This document shows, one piece after another, positions 12,274 through 23,004 of a stretch of 64,000 nucleotides of DNA (its first letter is position 1; every line of letters begins with the position of its first letter). The position numbers and the translations under genes are program-made. Where the stretch lies: contig NIVC01000339.1 in NCBI GenBank assembly GCA_002269645.1, positions 1-64,000 of the forward strand, written 5' to 3'. Source of the DNA: Macrostomum lignano (Eukaryota). The notes under the pieces are model-generated. The model worked only from the letters and a program-made list of their open reading frames with translations. It searched no databases and was not told where the DNA came from.

Positions 12274-13299
12274 TCAACAAAAACTCTCTGGAATGTCAAA
12301 TCTCGAGATTCTTGGAGGCGCACTCTTTCGCACCTCTGGTGATGAGTCTGAAGATTGCCGCGGCCCCGAGCCGCGTAGACGCAGCGTTATCGAATTCGCG
12401 TCAGCTGGGTCAGTGCGCCGCTCTCCATGCTGTTCTGGAATGCTTTCATGGCGACTCGTCGGATTTTGTTCGCCAACTAAGGAGGCCAGCTTTCGAAACC
12501 GCTCGCTCTGGTTGCCATCCGCGCCAGCTTCAGTTGGCAACGCTGTGCTGATAAGCTCTTTCGACGTGGCGAAAATTGATAGCAAAATGTCCTCGCATTT
12601 TTCCCCGGCCAAGTACCGTCTCAGTGCGTCGAGTATCGGAACAGAGTCGTTCGACGGAACATTGCCGACTTCTTCCGAGCTTCCAGCCACGTCAGCCAGG
12701 TCTGTTAAATTGAGGGTTGCGCTGTTCCGCAGATCTGGTTGGGTTTGCGAAGATGCGTGACTGCGGTCGGTGGCAGCTTGTTGCATCTGGAGACGGGCGT
12801 CTGTGGTTCTGCATTTTTTATCTCCATCTTGCAAGTGGCATCTAGAGTTTTTGTGATGGCTGGTCAATCGGTACAGCGGCACTTCTTGCTCACAAAGATC
12901 ACATTTGGTCATTTCGAACTTGCACTCAGTTTTCAAGTGGTTTTCGACATGTTTTCTCGCACAGGTGTGCTCGCAGCCGCGACTCTTGTTCGGACAGCTG
13001 ACAGTCAAGTTGTTGACTTCACGGCGCGTGGCCGTGTCCGGAATGTAGGGCGTCAGACGAAGACTTAGGCAATCGCCGGGCTGATCGTCTTCGCCGCAGG
13101 GGCAGTGGTTGGCGACGTCGCGTTTCCGTTTCCATTCGGTGGCGCAGGCCGTGCACAGGCGGCACCCGTGCCAGGTTTGGTAGCAGTTGACCGCGATGCC
13201 TTTGCACTTTTGGCATTTCAAGTGTTCGGCAACTCTCGATCCTTCCGCCAGATCCGCCGCGGCCGCTCTTTCAGAGACCTCTTGTGGTTCGAAATCCAT
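12274..13299 (-). CDS. TRAF-like RING + zinc-finger protein without MATH domain, paralog 2 (~341 aa, intronless)
   Basis: ATG at 13299 (MDFEPQEVSER aligns with MNQKPREVSAK of paralog 1); CQKC..HGCRLCTAC..CPC; DTATRREVNNLTVSCPN; CEHTCARKHVENHLKTECKF. Confidence 0.8.
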   Translation of the reverse strand: MDFEPQEVSERAAAADLAEGSRVAEHLKCQKCKGIAVNCYQTWHGCRLCTACATEWKRKRDVANHCPCGEDDQPGDCLSLRLTPYIPDTATRREVNNLTVSCPNKSRGCEHTCARKHVENHLKTECKFEMTKCDLCEQEVPLYRLTSHHKNSRCHLQDGDKKCRTTDARLQMQQAATDRSHASSQTQPDLRNSATLNLTDLADVAGSSEEVGNVPSNDSVPILDALRRYLAGEKCEDILLSIFATSKELISTALPTEAGADGNQSERFRKLASLVGEQNPTSRHESIPEQHGERRTDPADANSITLRLRGSGPRQSSDSSPEVRKSAPPRISRFDIPESFC

Positions 13300-13369
13300 G
13301 CAATAGATTGTTGAAGGAAAAACTCGCTTGCAAAACTTGCAAAACTGATTTTGCAAATCTTTTCGCAGA

Positions 13370-13400
13370 GGCAATTCCACGAAATTTCCACGGACTTGCC
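13370..13400. promoter_or_regulatory. kappaB-like motif cluster upstream of TRAF-like paralog 2
   Basis: GGCAATTCC (13370), GAAATTTCC (13381) and GGACTTGCC (13392); same motif family as 11693-11749. Confidence 0.4.
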
Positions 13401-13699
13401 TTTTTCATTGTGCATAGCAGCAGTGCGAACCCTGGGACGGTGCGCCTAAGAATTCGTGCAAGTGCAGGAGCACTGGCTTGCGTGCGTCTTATCATAATCG
13501 TAATTCTCTGACTAACTATTGCACTCTTTCATTCTGCAAATGCGTCAAAGCAAGTAGCCTTTTGTGTCTGGGTGAAAGCAAAATACAGAGTTTTGCGAAT
13601 CCAATATAGCCATCTGTAGCTTGCCCTGGAAACAGGAAAATTCTGTGGTCAAAATAGCCGCTATTGGTATATTCTTCTGCAGTCGGGGTGCATGATATT

Positions 13700-13912
13700 G
13701 GTATAATCCATAGAAATTAAGACTTTCCGTGACAATATTTGCGTTCTCCGGGATTTTATTTGGTAATATTCAATAATATCCCGTAAAGTCTTTATGTCCA
13801 TGGTTTATAGGAGATTACACATGCCTTTTTCAGGAGTTATTTTCATAAATCCCTCGGGCCTCAGGCCCTCGTGATTTATACAAATAACTCCCTCAAAAGG
13901 CATGTTTAATCT
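13700..13912 (-). mobile_element. Short Crypton-like terminal cassette: ~33-bp-stem hairpin plus inverted TATAAWCCATRGA arms
   Basis: ACATGCCTTTT..ATAAATC/GATTTAT..AAAAGGCATGT hairpin at ~13818-13905. 13861-13912 is a near-exact reverse complement of 18706-18757; 13700-13765 shares CAAATAAAATCCCGGA, CGGAAAGT and TCTATGG with 20640-20735. Confidence 0.6.
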
Positions 13913-14196
13913 GATACATAACACGCGAGCGCCGGTAGGCCGGTAGGCGCGAGACGTGTTATTCCAAAACCTACAGAAAGTGCATTTCTCGCCTCTTTCG
14001 CAGTCTCATCCTTTTCCCGAGGAACAACAACTTCTATGGTAATTGATCGGTTGTAGGAGGACTGAGAACCATTTCTCAGTCCCCAAACGAGGCCTGAGAA
14101 ATAGTTCTCAGTCCTGCTATAAACAGTTGTATTTAACAAATGTAAACCAACAACAGGAAGTTCAAATAGTAAGATTTAGAAGCGTCTTGTAAGCAC

Positions 14197-15522
14197 TCAC
14201 TCGAAAACGATTTCAACGGTGTTGGTGTTACCATTGATGTTAAGCCTCATTTTCTTTGCAGGATTAGCAGTCACTACGTTACTTTGTTCCATAGCTTCAA
14301 CAGAGCGTTCAGGCTCGGTGTCAATAGACAGACTTGATGACTGACCACCAGATTGAAGAGCATGCGATACTTTAACATGGTCTTGTACGTCAAACTGAAT
14401 ATAGCGCTCAATAGCTGTCGAAGAGTGTCCTGTAACACGAGCGATGTCCTCTCTAGCAAAGCCAGCACGGTGTAGAGTACTTGCGCAAGTCTTGCGTAGA
14501 GACTGATTAGTGTACCTTTGAGTCACTCCAGTTAGGGGAGCCGTTAATTCACGAACAATACCGTCCAAGCTGTGCCGGCCGACGGGTGCGTTTTGGTACC
14601 ACCTGCCTTGCTGGATGCTGGCATCGCTACGCATCCAAGCCAGGAACAAATTCTGAACCGTACAGTTTTCCGGTCTTTTGTCCACATACAGCTTGTAGAT
14701 GCAGGGTAGACATCTATCATGATCAGCAGTATGAGATGCTTTAACGGTTTTCAATGGAACAAAACGTCGCTTTATGCCAGCGTTGTTGGTCTTCGTGGCT
14801 CTGTTCTCACAGTAAACTAGAAGTTCTTGACCGTCTTCATGCTGCAACTGGATCTCACAGCTATATCTCAGACCATGCAGCTCCGTGCCTCCACGCAAAG
14901 CGAACTGCTTGCCAAGGTAGAACACAAGCGTAAACAGCAGTAATTTCGGCGACGTTGTTGCAAGACGTCCTTTCTGCCACAACTCCTCCTCCAGAGTTGC
15001 GGGAATTGGGCTAGACGCATTTGTCCCCGGAACTAGGCCCTCTCTAGTAGCTTCTTTCATGGCAGCATCCAATGCCATTCTTGCATCCCTGCACGCAGCG
15101 TCCTTCCAGAGATTCAGTTCTTTCTTGAGCGTGTACTGCAGATAGTGTTGCATCATGGAAAATATGTCCCTAAGGGTCGTAGCATTGTATTTAGTGCCAT
15201 CGACTTTTCGCACCTCGAGAATGAACATCTTTAATAGATAGTTCCAATCGCAAGCGTTCCATTCATGACGCTCCTTCAACACGAGAAGGCCAGTTGTATC
15301 ACCATGTAGAATTCGATTGTGTCGCTGCTCAAACCACTGGTCAAAAATTCTTACAGCCCATAGTTCCTTCCTTCGCGTATTTGGTGGGATAGCAGCGTCC
15401 AGCTTCCCTTGTATTTCGTCAGTCGAGAGCGTAGCGAATCGATCACTACCAGCAGCAGGATTCGTTGCAGCGGATTCTTTACTTTCAAAATATCGTAGCA
15501 CTAGATCTAAGTCGTCTTTCAT
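14197..15522 (-). CDS. Crypton-like tyrosine recombinase YR1 (441 aa)
   Basis: Intact ORF with FALRGGTE (R), NQSLRKT (HxxR with H>Q), VTGHSS (H) and IERY (Y); motif pattern of the DUF3504/Crypton family. Confidence 0.9.
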   Translation of the reverse strand: MKDDLDLVLRYFESKESAATNPAAGSDRFATLSTDEIQGKLDAAIPPNTRRKELWAVRIFDQWFEQRHNRILHGDTTGLLVLKERHEWNACDWNYLLKMFILEVRKVDGTKYNATTLRDIFSMMQHYLQYTLKKELNLWKDAACRDARMALDAAMKEATREGLVPGTNASSPIPATLEEELWQKGRLATTSPKLLLFTLVFYLGKQFALRGGTELHGLRYSCEIQLQHEDGQELLVYCENRATKTNNAGIKRRFVPLKTVKASHTADHDRCLPCIYKLYVDKRPENCTVQNLFLAWMRSDASIQQGRWYQNAPVGRHSLDGIVRELTAPLTGVTQRYTNQSLRKTCASTLHRAGFAREDIARVTGHSSTAIERYIQFDVQDHVKVSHALQSGGQSSSLSIDTEPERSVEAMEQSNVVTANPAKKMRLNINGNTNTVEIVFE

Positions 15523-16022
15523 GGTTCTATTATATATGGAAATGGATGGACTGCTCAGTGCTCCATCTAGGTAGACGATTTATAACACTTTAGCCAGTCA
15601 GTCACATAGCTTGTGCCATAGACTAACTGTACTGGATATTGATGCGTATTTTGCTTTCAGTAGGTTAAATATTTTCTCCTCCTTTTTCCAAATATGTCTA
15701 TGGAAAATAAAGTCCGAGGATGCATTTCTCAGGCCGAGGCGAAGCATTACTTTTCCATAGCCACACTGGGAAAAGGAGGAGAATGTATACATCATGCACC
15801 CCGACTGCAGATGAGTGCATTGACTAGCGTTTCCCTATAGGCTAGCAGTCTATGGTCAAGAAAGACAATAACACGCAGTCTCGTAAGAAGTCTCTTTGGC
15901 CATAGACAATTTGAACAGAACAGTCATTTAAGCGAGCATCAGTAAGAACTGTTTGCTGCGAGATATAAAGCTTGGGCAAATGCTACTTGAGTATGCAGAA
16001 CTAAATTAATTAAAAGCGAGAC

Positions 16023-16385
16023 ATGTCTACATCTACTAAACTTCTACCGCCGTTACTTAACTACAACGCTCTGCCGACGGATGAGATTAGTGGCGTCAGT
16101 GATGTAGAGTTAGACGTAATTACGAGACTTTCGTCGAACGGCGATGAATGTCGGGAGCTTATCGACGACTTCATGAGCTTCATCGCAAATGACACCGAAC
16201 AACTTGACAATTTAGAGGAGTTCGAAGAACAACTAACTGCTTGTGGCGATAAACCTACCGCCTGCACATCCGTGTTGACTGTCGCCAGCAGCAGTGTCGC
16301 TACGGTATCGTACAACAAACCTGTTCAAATCCAAGCTAGCCCGGCAAAAAAATGCGTGTCAATATCGATGGCGGTAATAATTTGA
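16023..16385 (+). CDS. Acidic 120-aa hypothetical protein divergent from YR1; possible accessory ORF
   Basis: ATG-initiated D/E-rich ORF; C-terminal ASPAKK echoes ANPAKK in the YR1 tail; flanked by TCTATGG..GACAATAACACGCA direct repeats. Confidence 0.45.
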   Translation: MSTSTKLLPPLLNYNALPTDEISGVSDVELDVITRLSSNGDECRELIDDFMSFIANDTEQLDNLEEFEEQLTACGDKPTACTSVLTVASSSVATVSYNKPVQIQASPAKKCVSISMAVII

Positions 16386-18705
16386 TAAGTATTGAATTTA
16401 AGTAACGACTTTTTTGACAAGGATTTTAAACAATTTGTTGCTCGAAAAGGCTATTAACGAAAAACGTTTAATTGTGTTAAATACGTTTCTTTAACTCCGT
16501 ATCGTTTGCACGTTTGTCAGTTTTTCGTTATTATGAAATAAAAACCATAGACTATAACTTGCATACATGTTGACTTTTTATCTATGGACAATAACACGCA
16601 AGTGTGGACAATAACACGCATCCCAAATGCGTGTTAATGGGTAGCGAAATGCTTGTCAATGAGAATTCAGGCCAGCTGAGTGCAAAGCCCGCGAACACGA
16701 GAGACAAGTGCCTAGGCACCAGATTAAATGTTGCTGTGAGTGAGATGGACTCAGGCGTACGAATCCAGCTAGCCAGCCCGTTCAGTCCTTGCTCAGTAAG
16801 CGCTATTCGAATGCGCAGACGGTCGTGCGCAAACATTTGAGCTACCACGATCCCTAAATACTCGTGCGTTGTAAAATCGCGCAACACTCTCGTTGCGTAG
16901 ACAATTTATTTTAAGCCCAATTTTGCTTATGATAAATTATCGGGATACATTTAAGTAAGCACTGACCACACAGGCAGGAGGCTGTGTGCACCCTTGCGCA
17001 CTTGCGCACGTTGTCACACAACCGGCGAGAGGCATTACTGCCCATTCAGCAGACTCCCCTGAGCAGGCACACTAGCGCGCGGATACGTACGCAGTCATAC
17101 GCACAGGCACACACTGACACAAGTGTGTACAGCGGCCCCTAATTTTATTTATCGTTAGGCATGTACACTGTTCATTGTAACTCTTCACTGTGCCTCGGTG
17201 GGTTTCGGCTTTAAGGGCGTTAATTGCACGAGCAGAGTGTAGTGTCTCAACAGATTAACACAGAAAACACGAGTACGTGGCAGGTAAGACTTTTTGCAGG
17301 AAAAAAAGTGCGAGCTCCACTTAGGGCAACCCGCGCTTATATTTGATATTTAACAGTAAATTGTTACACGATCGATAAATTCAACCGCCAAAATGTCACG
17401 TGATTAAAAATACGTTTCACAATACAATATACGAATAATTTATTAACTGCACTATTTAAAGTAGAGTAGTAAGAAAAAGTAAGAAAAGGTTAGTTAGACG
17501 AACGGCCCTTTTACGGGCTCCTAGTCACGACACAACACAGAGCCCTGTCGGGATTCCAATAAAGCCCCAACTTAATGTGGCTGCGCTTTGAATCGAGCCT
17601 GCATGGGCTGCTGGCACATCAGAGCGGACATTTTCCAGACAGACATTTCGTGATGTTGCATTCTGATTCAGCAGTAACTCATTGTGACCATTGTTGCTGG
17701 GTTAGGACCCATGCTTTTATCGTTAGTTCGAGAGAAAAAAACACTTTCTTTATCTTAGTCTACTAACAGTAGACAGTTTGAAATTCAGTAAAATACAACA
17801 CTCAAATTTAACTGCAATCTTGTACTCTGGACTTAAAACGTAGGTTTAGTTAACCTCTCACAATTTGTAATCGCGCATGGAAATGCGCGCAATAATTCCA
17901 ATTTTTAATAATAAATATAACGTTTCCAGGCATATTAAGACTGAATAGTTACCTTTAAAGATAATACGGTTAATGCCATGTATTTATATTCAAGCAGTTA
18001 ATAACTGATCTTGATCCACTGTTTTGATAATTTCTACAATCAAGTAGGTATAAATGTTGGATAGCAGGCATGGGAAAGAGGATATATTTAGATACATGTA
18101 TTAGATCATAATACAGGTTGCAGGACCTGGTAAAGAATAAGGCTCAGGTATCACAAGGATGTGTTACAGATCCACACAGATGTTTTAGCAAATCAATGAT
18201 GATGTTGTAATACTGGTGCTGCACTTCAATGACTCCAAAGTAGCTCACCTGCTGCACTCCACCTGAGTGTGTTGATCTCAGTTAAGTCTTTATCATATTA
18301 ACAACAATAACAGTCCGAGCTCAGCCTACTCAGGTGGTTAAGAGCTTAGCACAGGATTAATGCTGTCTTATACAATTTCTCAAATTCAACTTACCGCTTT
18401 AAATTTTTTTTTTATTTCTTTCACTGGAACGCTGGATGGTCGGGCGGGCAGAATTTAGAAATTTTATTTATATAGCCGAGAGAGAAGAGCCGCTCTCAGG
18501 CTGAGTAAGCTCGGAGTGGCGCTTCAGACCCATCTGCGCAGTTTAATGAACTGATTGGGCCAAACTGCTTCGGCCGCCTGAGCCTGGCGCTGCTGCATGG
18601 CAGGTGAAGGCGGGCACTGTTGTTCGTTTCTATGAATGACTAATCCACTGGAGCAGGATTAAAATTGCATTTCAAAAGTCAAGGTGCAAGACGCACGTTT
18701 TATGA

Positions 18706-20735
18706 ATCAGATTAAACATGCCTTTTGAGGGAGTTATTTTCATAAATCACGAGGGCCTTCGGCTCGAAGAAGGCATGTTTTATCTCATATAAACCATAGA
18801 TAAACTCCGGGATAATATTAGATAATACCCCGGAGTTATAATATAATCCTGCAAATACAAAAAAGAAGTGTCTATGGCCAAAATGCCTACTAACTGAGAG
18901 GTGGGGTCGAGGGGGCGATGAGCCCCCGCGGGGGTGTGGGGGCAGAGCCCCCACGTAAACAAACACTTATAATTAATTGTCTATGGTCTAAAGTGATGTA
19001 TGTTCTTAAAAGCTACACGTCGGGAGATCAGGTCTGACTTTCATTTAAGTTTCGACAGTTCATTCATTTATTACAGAGTCTATCGAAAGGCTTTTCGATG
19101 CGTCGAATTCTTAATCCACTCGTCGACTATTCAAAAGATTTTATTGGCAACTTCGATCCAAACGTCCTACCGCTCGATTTCGTAAAGTCACGCGCTGGTG
19201 GAGATTTTCAAGATCATCAGTGGCTGGCAACTGAGATGAAAAGATATGAAGAAGAAGTGGAGTTGGAAGATTTATACGAGATAGAGACGTTTGAGACACC
19301 ACTGTTGGATGGTGGCGGTCGTTTTGCTATAGTCGACAGTGTTGCCGCGCTGAACGAGTCTGTCCGTCCAAAGGGCACAATCAATCGGAACAACTGGGCC
19401 CTGCGAATTTTCCAGGCATGGGTGAGCTCTCGTGTCAGTGAGATCGGCATGAAGCCCATCACCGAGTTCAGCTGTGAGGAAATCAATACGATTCTCGGTC
19501 GCTTCATCCACGAGGTGCGAAAGGTCAACGGCGAGCGTTATCCTAGAGGGTCATTAGTATCGATAGCCGCTGGACTCAATTCGGCCATTCGAGAGGTCCA
19601 GCCGACAGTAGATCTGTTCAAGTCAATGGAACTACGGCCATTCAGGGACTCGTTGGACGCTGCCATGAAACTGTCAACCGCCGCTGGTACTTCACTCAAC
19701 AGTAAGCCAGCTGGGATTTTAAGTGTTTCTGACGAAGAAAAAATATGGCAGTCTGGAGTCCTCGGCTTGGATAATCCTGATCAGCTGACCAAGACGCTCT
19801 TTTTTCTCAATGGACTCCACTTTGCTCTACGTGGAGGTGAAGAGCATTCGAATCTGATGCTTTCCCAGATAACAATTGAAATACGCGACAACGAAGAGTG
19901 TCTTATTTACCGAGAAGCCTCATCAAAGACCTACCATGGCGGCTTGAATGACAAACGTCGCAAACAAGTGGAGCGGTTGTACGTCCCTTCTCACGCTAGA
20001 TCCGTCTGTCATCTACAAGCGTTCAAGACTTATCTAAAGGTGCGTCCCCCAGACGCTACACGATTCTACCTCCAATCGGCCAAAAAGTGGGATAGCGGTG
20101 CGGCGTGGTATTGTAACAGACCGATTGGCAAAAACTACATGTGCAAAATGATGGCTACGATCACCGAGGATGCTGGCGTGCCCAAGCTGACAAACCACAG
20201 CCTGAGGGCAACATGTGCGACGCGTCTCTTTCAAGCTGGTGTGGACGAGCAGCTTATAATGGAGCGTACTGGCCATCGCAGTGTCGACGGCGTACGTGCG
20301 TACAAGCGAACATCTACGAACCTAATCAAGTCGTCTAGTCTGGTGGTCGATGGCAGGCCGATTCAAGAAGCCACGACCTCATCTGGTGCATCTGGAAGTG
20401 GTGGCCACAGCTTCGTATTCAACAACTGTTCCGTTGTTCAAAACATTTGTACGATGGGTACCTGTAGTCGACCTGATGGATTGCTATAAATCGTTAGCTA
20501 TACGTAACAAACTGAAATAATATGCGAACATACTGGTGAAAACTGTTTTGACCATTGCAATGATCTGTTAAATTCAATTTTTTATCATATTGCATGTTTA
20601 GTGTCTATGGTCAGAATCAACTGACTGAAGAAATATACCGACAAATAAAATCCCGGAAAAACTAAGATTATCAAGTCATGTAACATCCCGCGACTTGAAA
20701 AAATGTACCGGAAAGTTGCGTTATCTATGGTTTAT
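18706..20735 (+). mobile_element. Crypton-like element carrying YR2
   Basis: 5' hairpin cassette 18706-18790; ATAAACCATAGA (18789-18800) is inverted relative to TCTATGGTTTAT (20724-20735); TCTATGG direct copies at 18871/18980 and 20604/20724. Exact ends uncertain. Confidence 0.65.
19098..20489 (+). CDS. Crypton-like tyrosine recombinase YR2 (463 aa)
   Basis: Intact ORF with the full catalytic set: FALRGGEEH (R), SKT (K), NHSLRAT (HxxR), RTGHRS (H) and VRAY (Y). Confidence 0.92.
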   Translation: MRRILNPLVDYSKDFIGNFDPNVLPLDFVKSRAGGDFQDHQWLATEMKRYEEEVELEDLYEIETFETPLLDGGGRFAIVDSVAALNESVRPKGTINRNNWALRIFQAWVSSRVSEIGMKPITEFSCEEINTILGRFIHEVRKVNGERYPRGSLVSIAAGLNSAIREVQPTVDLFKSMELRPFRDSLDAAMKLSTAAGTSLNSKPAGILSVSDEEKIWQSGVLGLDNPDQLTKTLFFLNGLHFALRGGEEHSNLMLSQITIEIRDNEECLIYREASSKTYHGGLNDKRRKQVERLYVPSHARSVCHLQAFKTYLKVRPPDATRFYLQSAKKWDSGAAWYCNRPIGKNYMCKMMATITEDAGVPKLTNHSLRATCATRLFQAGVDEQLIMERTGHRSVDGVRAYKRTSTNLIKSSSLVVDGRPIQEATTSSGASGSGGHSFVFNNCSVVQNICTMGTCSRPDGLL

Positions 20736-22296
20736 GAATAGGTCCTTGATTTTTAAGAATCTTCAAAACTAACTCTGTAACTTTTGAGTGCATCTCTAGA
20801 GGCTGTGTTTATCAGACCTTCGTCTGAGTCCATCTATTAAACCCACTAAAGCTTTTTAATTTAATTAATTAAAAGCTTACGGCTCGTATATTTGCATTTA
20901 CAAAGCATTTTTAGGTAAAACAATTAGTGTCTACGAAAAGTGGAGGCATTGGTCAATACGGAGGCAAACTTAGGCAGTAGATTACATGTAGACAAGTTAC
21001 ACATTTGTCTTTTCAAATTGCTATGATATTCATATGTTTTCTATTCGTTTAACACGACTGCATAGAATGGGGTACTCTGTTGACACCTGAGAACTAAAAT
21101 CTACATGTATGGTAAAAACTGTCTGAAGTCCAGAAAAGGTCACACAAACTATGGATGAAGGAAGTAACGGATTGCTAGCCTATAGTCGTTTTCGGTTGGC
21201 TCAAGCGTGGCCAGTTTAGTATAACATATTACAGTGTCCTTCGATTTCTTTGGCCCGACAATTGTATTAAAACCACTAACTGCTGGTGGCGTTAATCTGA
21301 GAGCATGGAAGATTTTCCTCTTCTCTCACTGCGGTCGATCATTCTCTCTTGAGCTCTCTTTAGTCTATGGTCCATCCTGAATGTCTGTATTAGTATTGCT
21401 ATACTAATTGCTATTTCAAGAGGAAAATTCCTATTTGGCAGCAGTAGATTTGGCCTTGCCCATAGACAGAAAAATACAAACCAAAGTTGATAATTCAGCC
21501 ATAGACATCTGCTGTTGAAAGATGCCAGCAGCCAGGGGCGTCGCTGTGGATTTTATGGTTGGGGGAGACAAGCCAAGAACTCTTCATGTACATGACATGT
21601 ACATTTTTTAGAATCGGTGTTCTTAGCACTCATTTTGGCGCCAAAGGCGCCATATTATGGCGCCCTGAAGCAAAGTTATTGATTTACACAATGGGTCCCA
21701 ATGTGGGTTGGGTGGGGGATTCTCAGTTTTCGAAACTGCTATTGAAATAATGCTTAAATATCGATGTCCATGCAGTAGCTCGTAAATACCAGAATTATCG
21801 AATCGCTTGCCATTTTTTCCGTCTACGATGTATGACATTTTTAGCGAAACAATTACATCCTCTTGCTGACTCAGACGGACAAAATGCGAATTACTGTCTC
21901 CATGGCCCACCAGAGAGCGACCAGTTCGCACTAAGCTCGTAACTATGATAAGCTGGTGAAAAATGCCGCAGGTGCAGTCGTATATTTAGACCCACGCTGC
22001 GCAATTGAATAATTAATTTATAAGCAATCCTTTTAGACAATTTGCTGTGCAAATCTGTATTTTGTGAGTTTTCAAATACATTGATCCAATTCCGAGTGGC
22101 AGAAAATATGCGTCAAGAATTTTATCGCACATAACTGCAGAAGCTACGCACGAGGAACACGCTGGGCTGCGAAATTGAATTCTTTTGTATTGAGAATTCA
22201 TTCTTTGCCGGGAGCAATGCAGATGGCCAGCAGAGCCAGTGCTGAGGCAATTAAATCAGTTTTTTAAACTGGCACTGTCTTCTCAGAATCATAGAC

Positions 22297-22421
22297 TCTG
22301 ATTCAGCACACTGCAGATCTGATTCAGCACACTGCAGATCTGATTCAGCACACTGCAGATCTGATTCAGCACACTGAAGATCTGATTCAGCACTGCAGAT
22401 CTGATTCAGCACACTTCAGAT
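22297..22421. repeat. 21-bp minisatellite (CTGATTCAGCACACTGCAGAT), left part
   Basis: About 6 tandem copies; the same array resumes at 25697 after the hAT insertion. Confidence 0.95.
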
Positions 22422-23004
22422 CATACATGCGCAACTTCTGAAATTACGCTGGCCGTGCGACTTAGTTTTCGATAAAAAATGCGACTTACCTATGAAAGAG
22501 CCAAGCAAAAACTTTAGGTAAACGGCAGGAGTAACTATGACCATAATTTAAAGCTAATTGCCTCGCCAGCTAATTAGTGCTGCGTGCAGATTTCGCGTTT
22601 TTATAACAGCTAATCAGTATGTCATCTAGTGGCGGCATGAAGCAATTAGTAAATTGTCAGTACAGTGTAGTGAGCATACTACAAAAGTCATGATTCATGA
22701 ATGTCCAGAAGTAAGTGAAGAGAATACAGTGTGACCTATAGCTCAAGAACGATTTGCTAGACGATTTGGCATGGAAGATGAGAGCCCTGATTCAGATGGC
22801 TCATCAGATGCAGAATACGAATCCAGTAGAGATACAAGCTGTGAAAACCCACAGATTTTTAAACCACTGAATTCTAATTCCCGGAACTATTTTTGCATAG
22901 ATTCTAAATTTGAAGTCATGCTCAAACAAAAACTTGTTAACAGTTAGGAAAAAGGCAAAGATGGGAGTAATGCATGTTAAACTAAGATTTGAGGCCTTTG
23001 CAAA

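Noticed and set aside
18480-18620. Possible LINE 3' coding fragment
   Set aside because: Only a vague resemblance over ~40 codons with stops; not supportable without a search.
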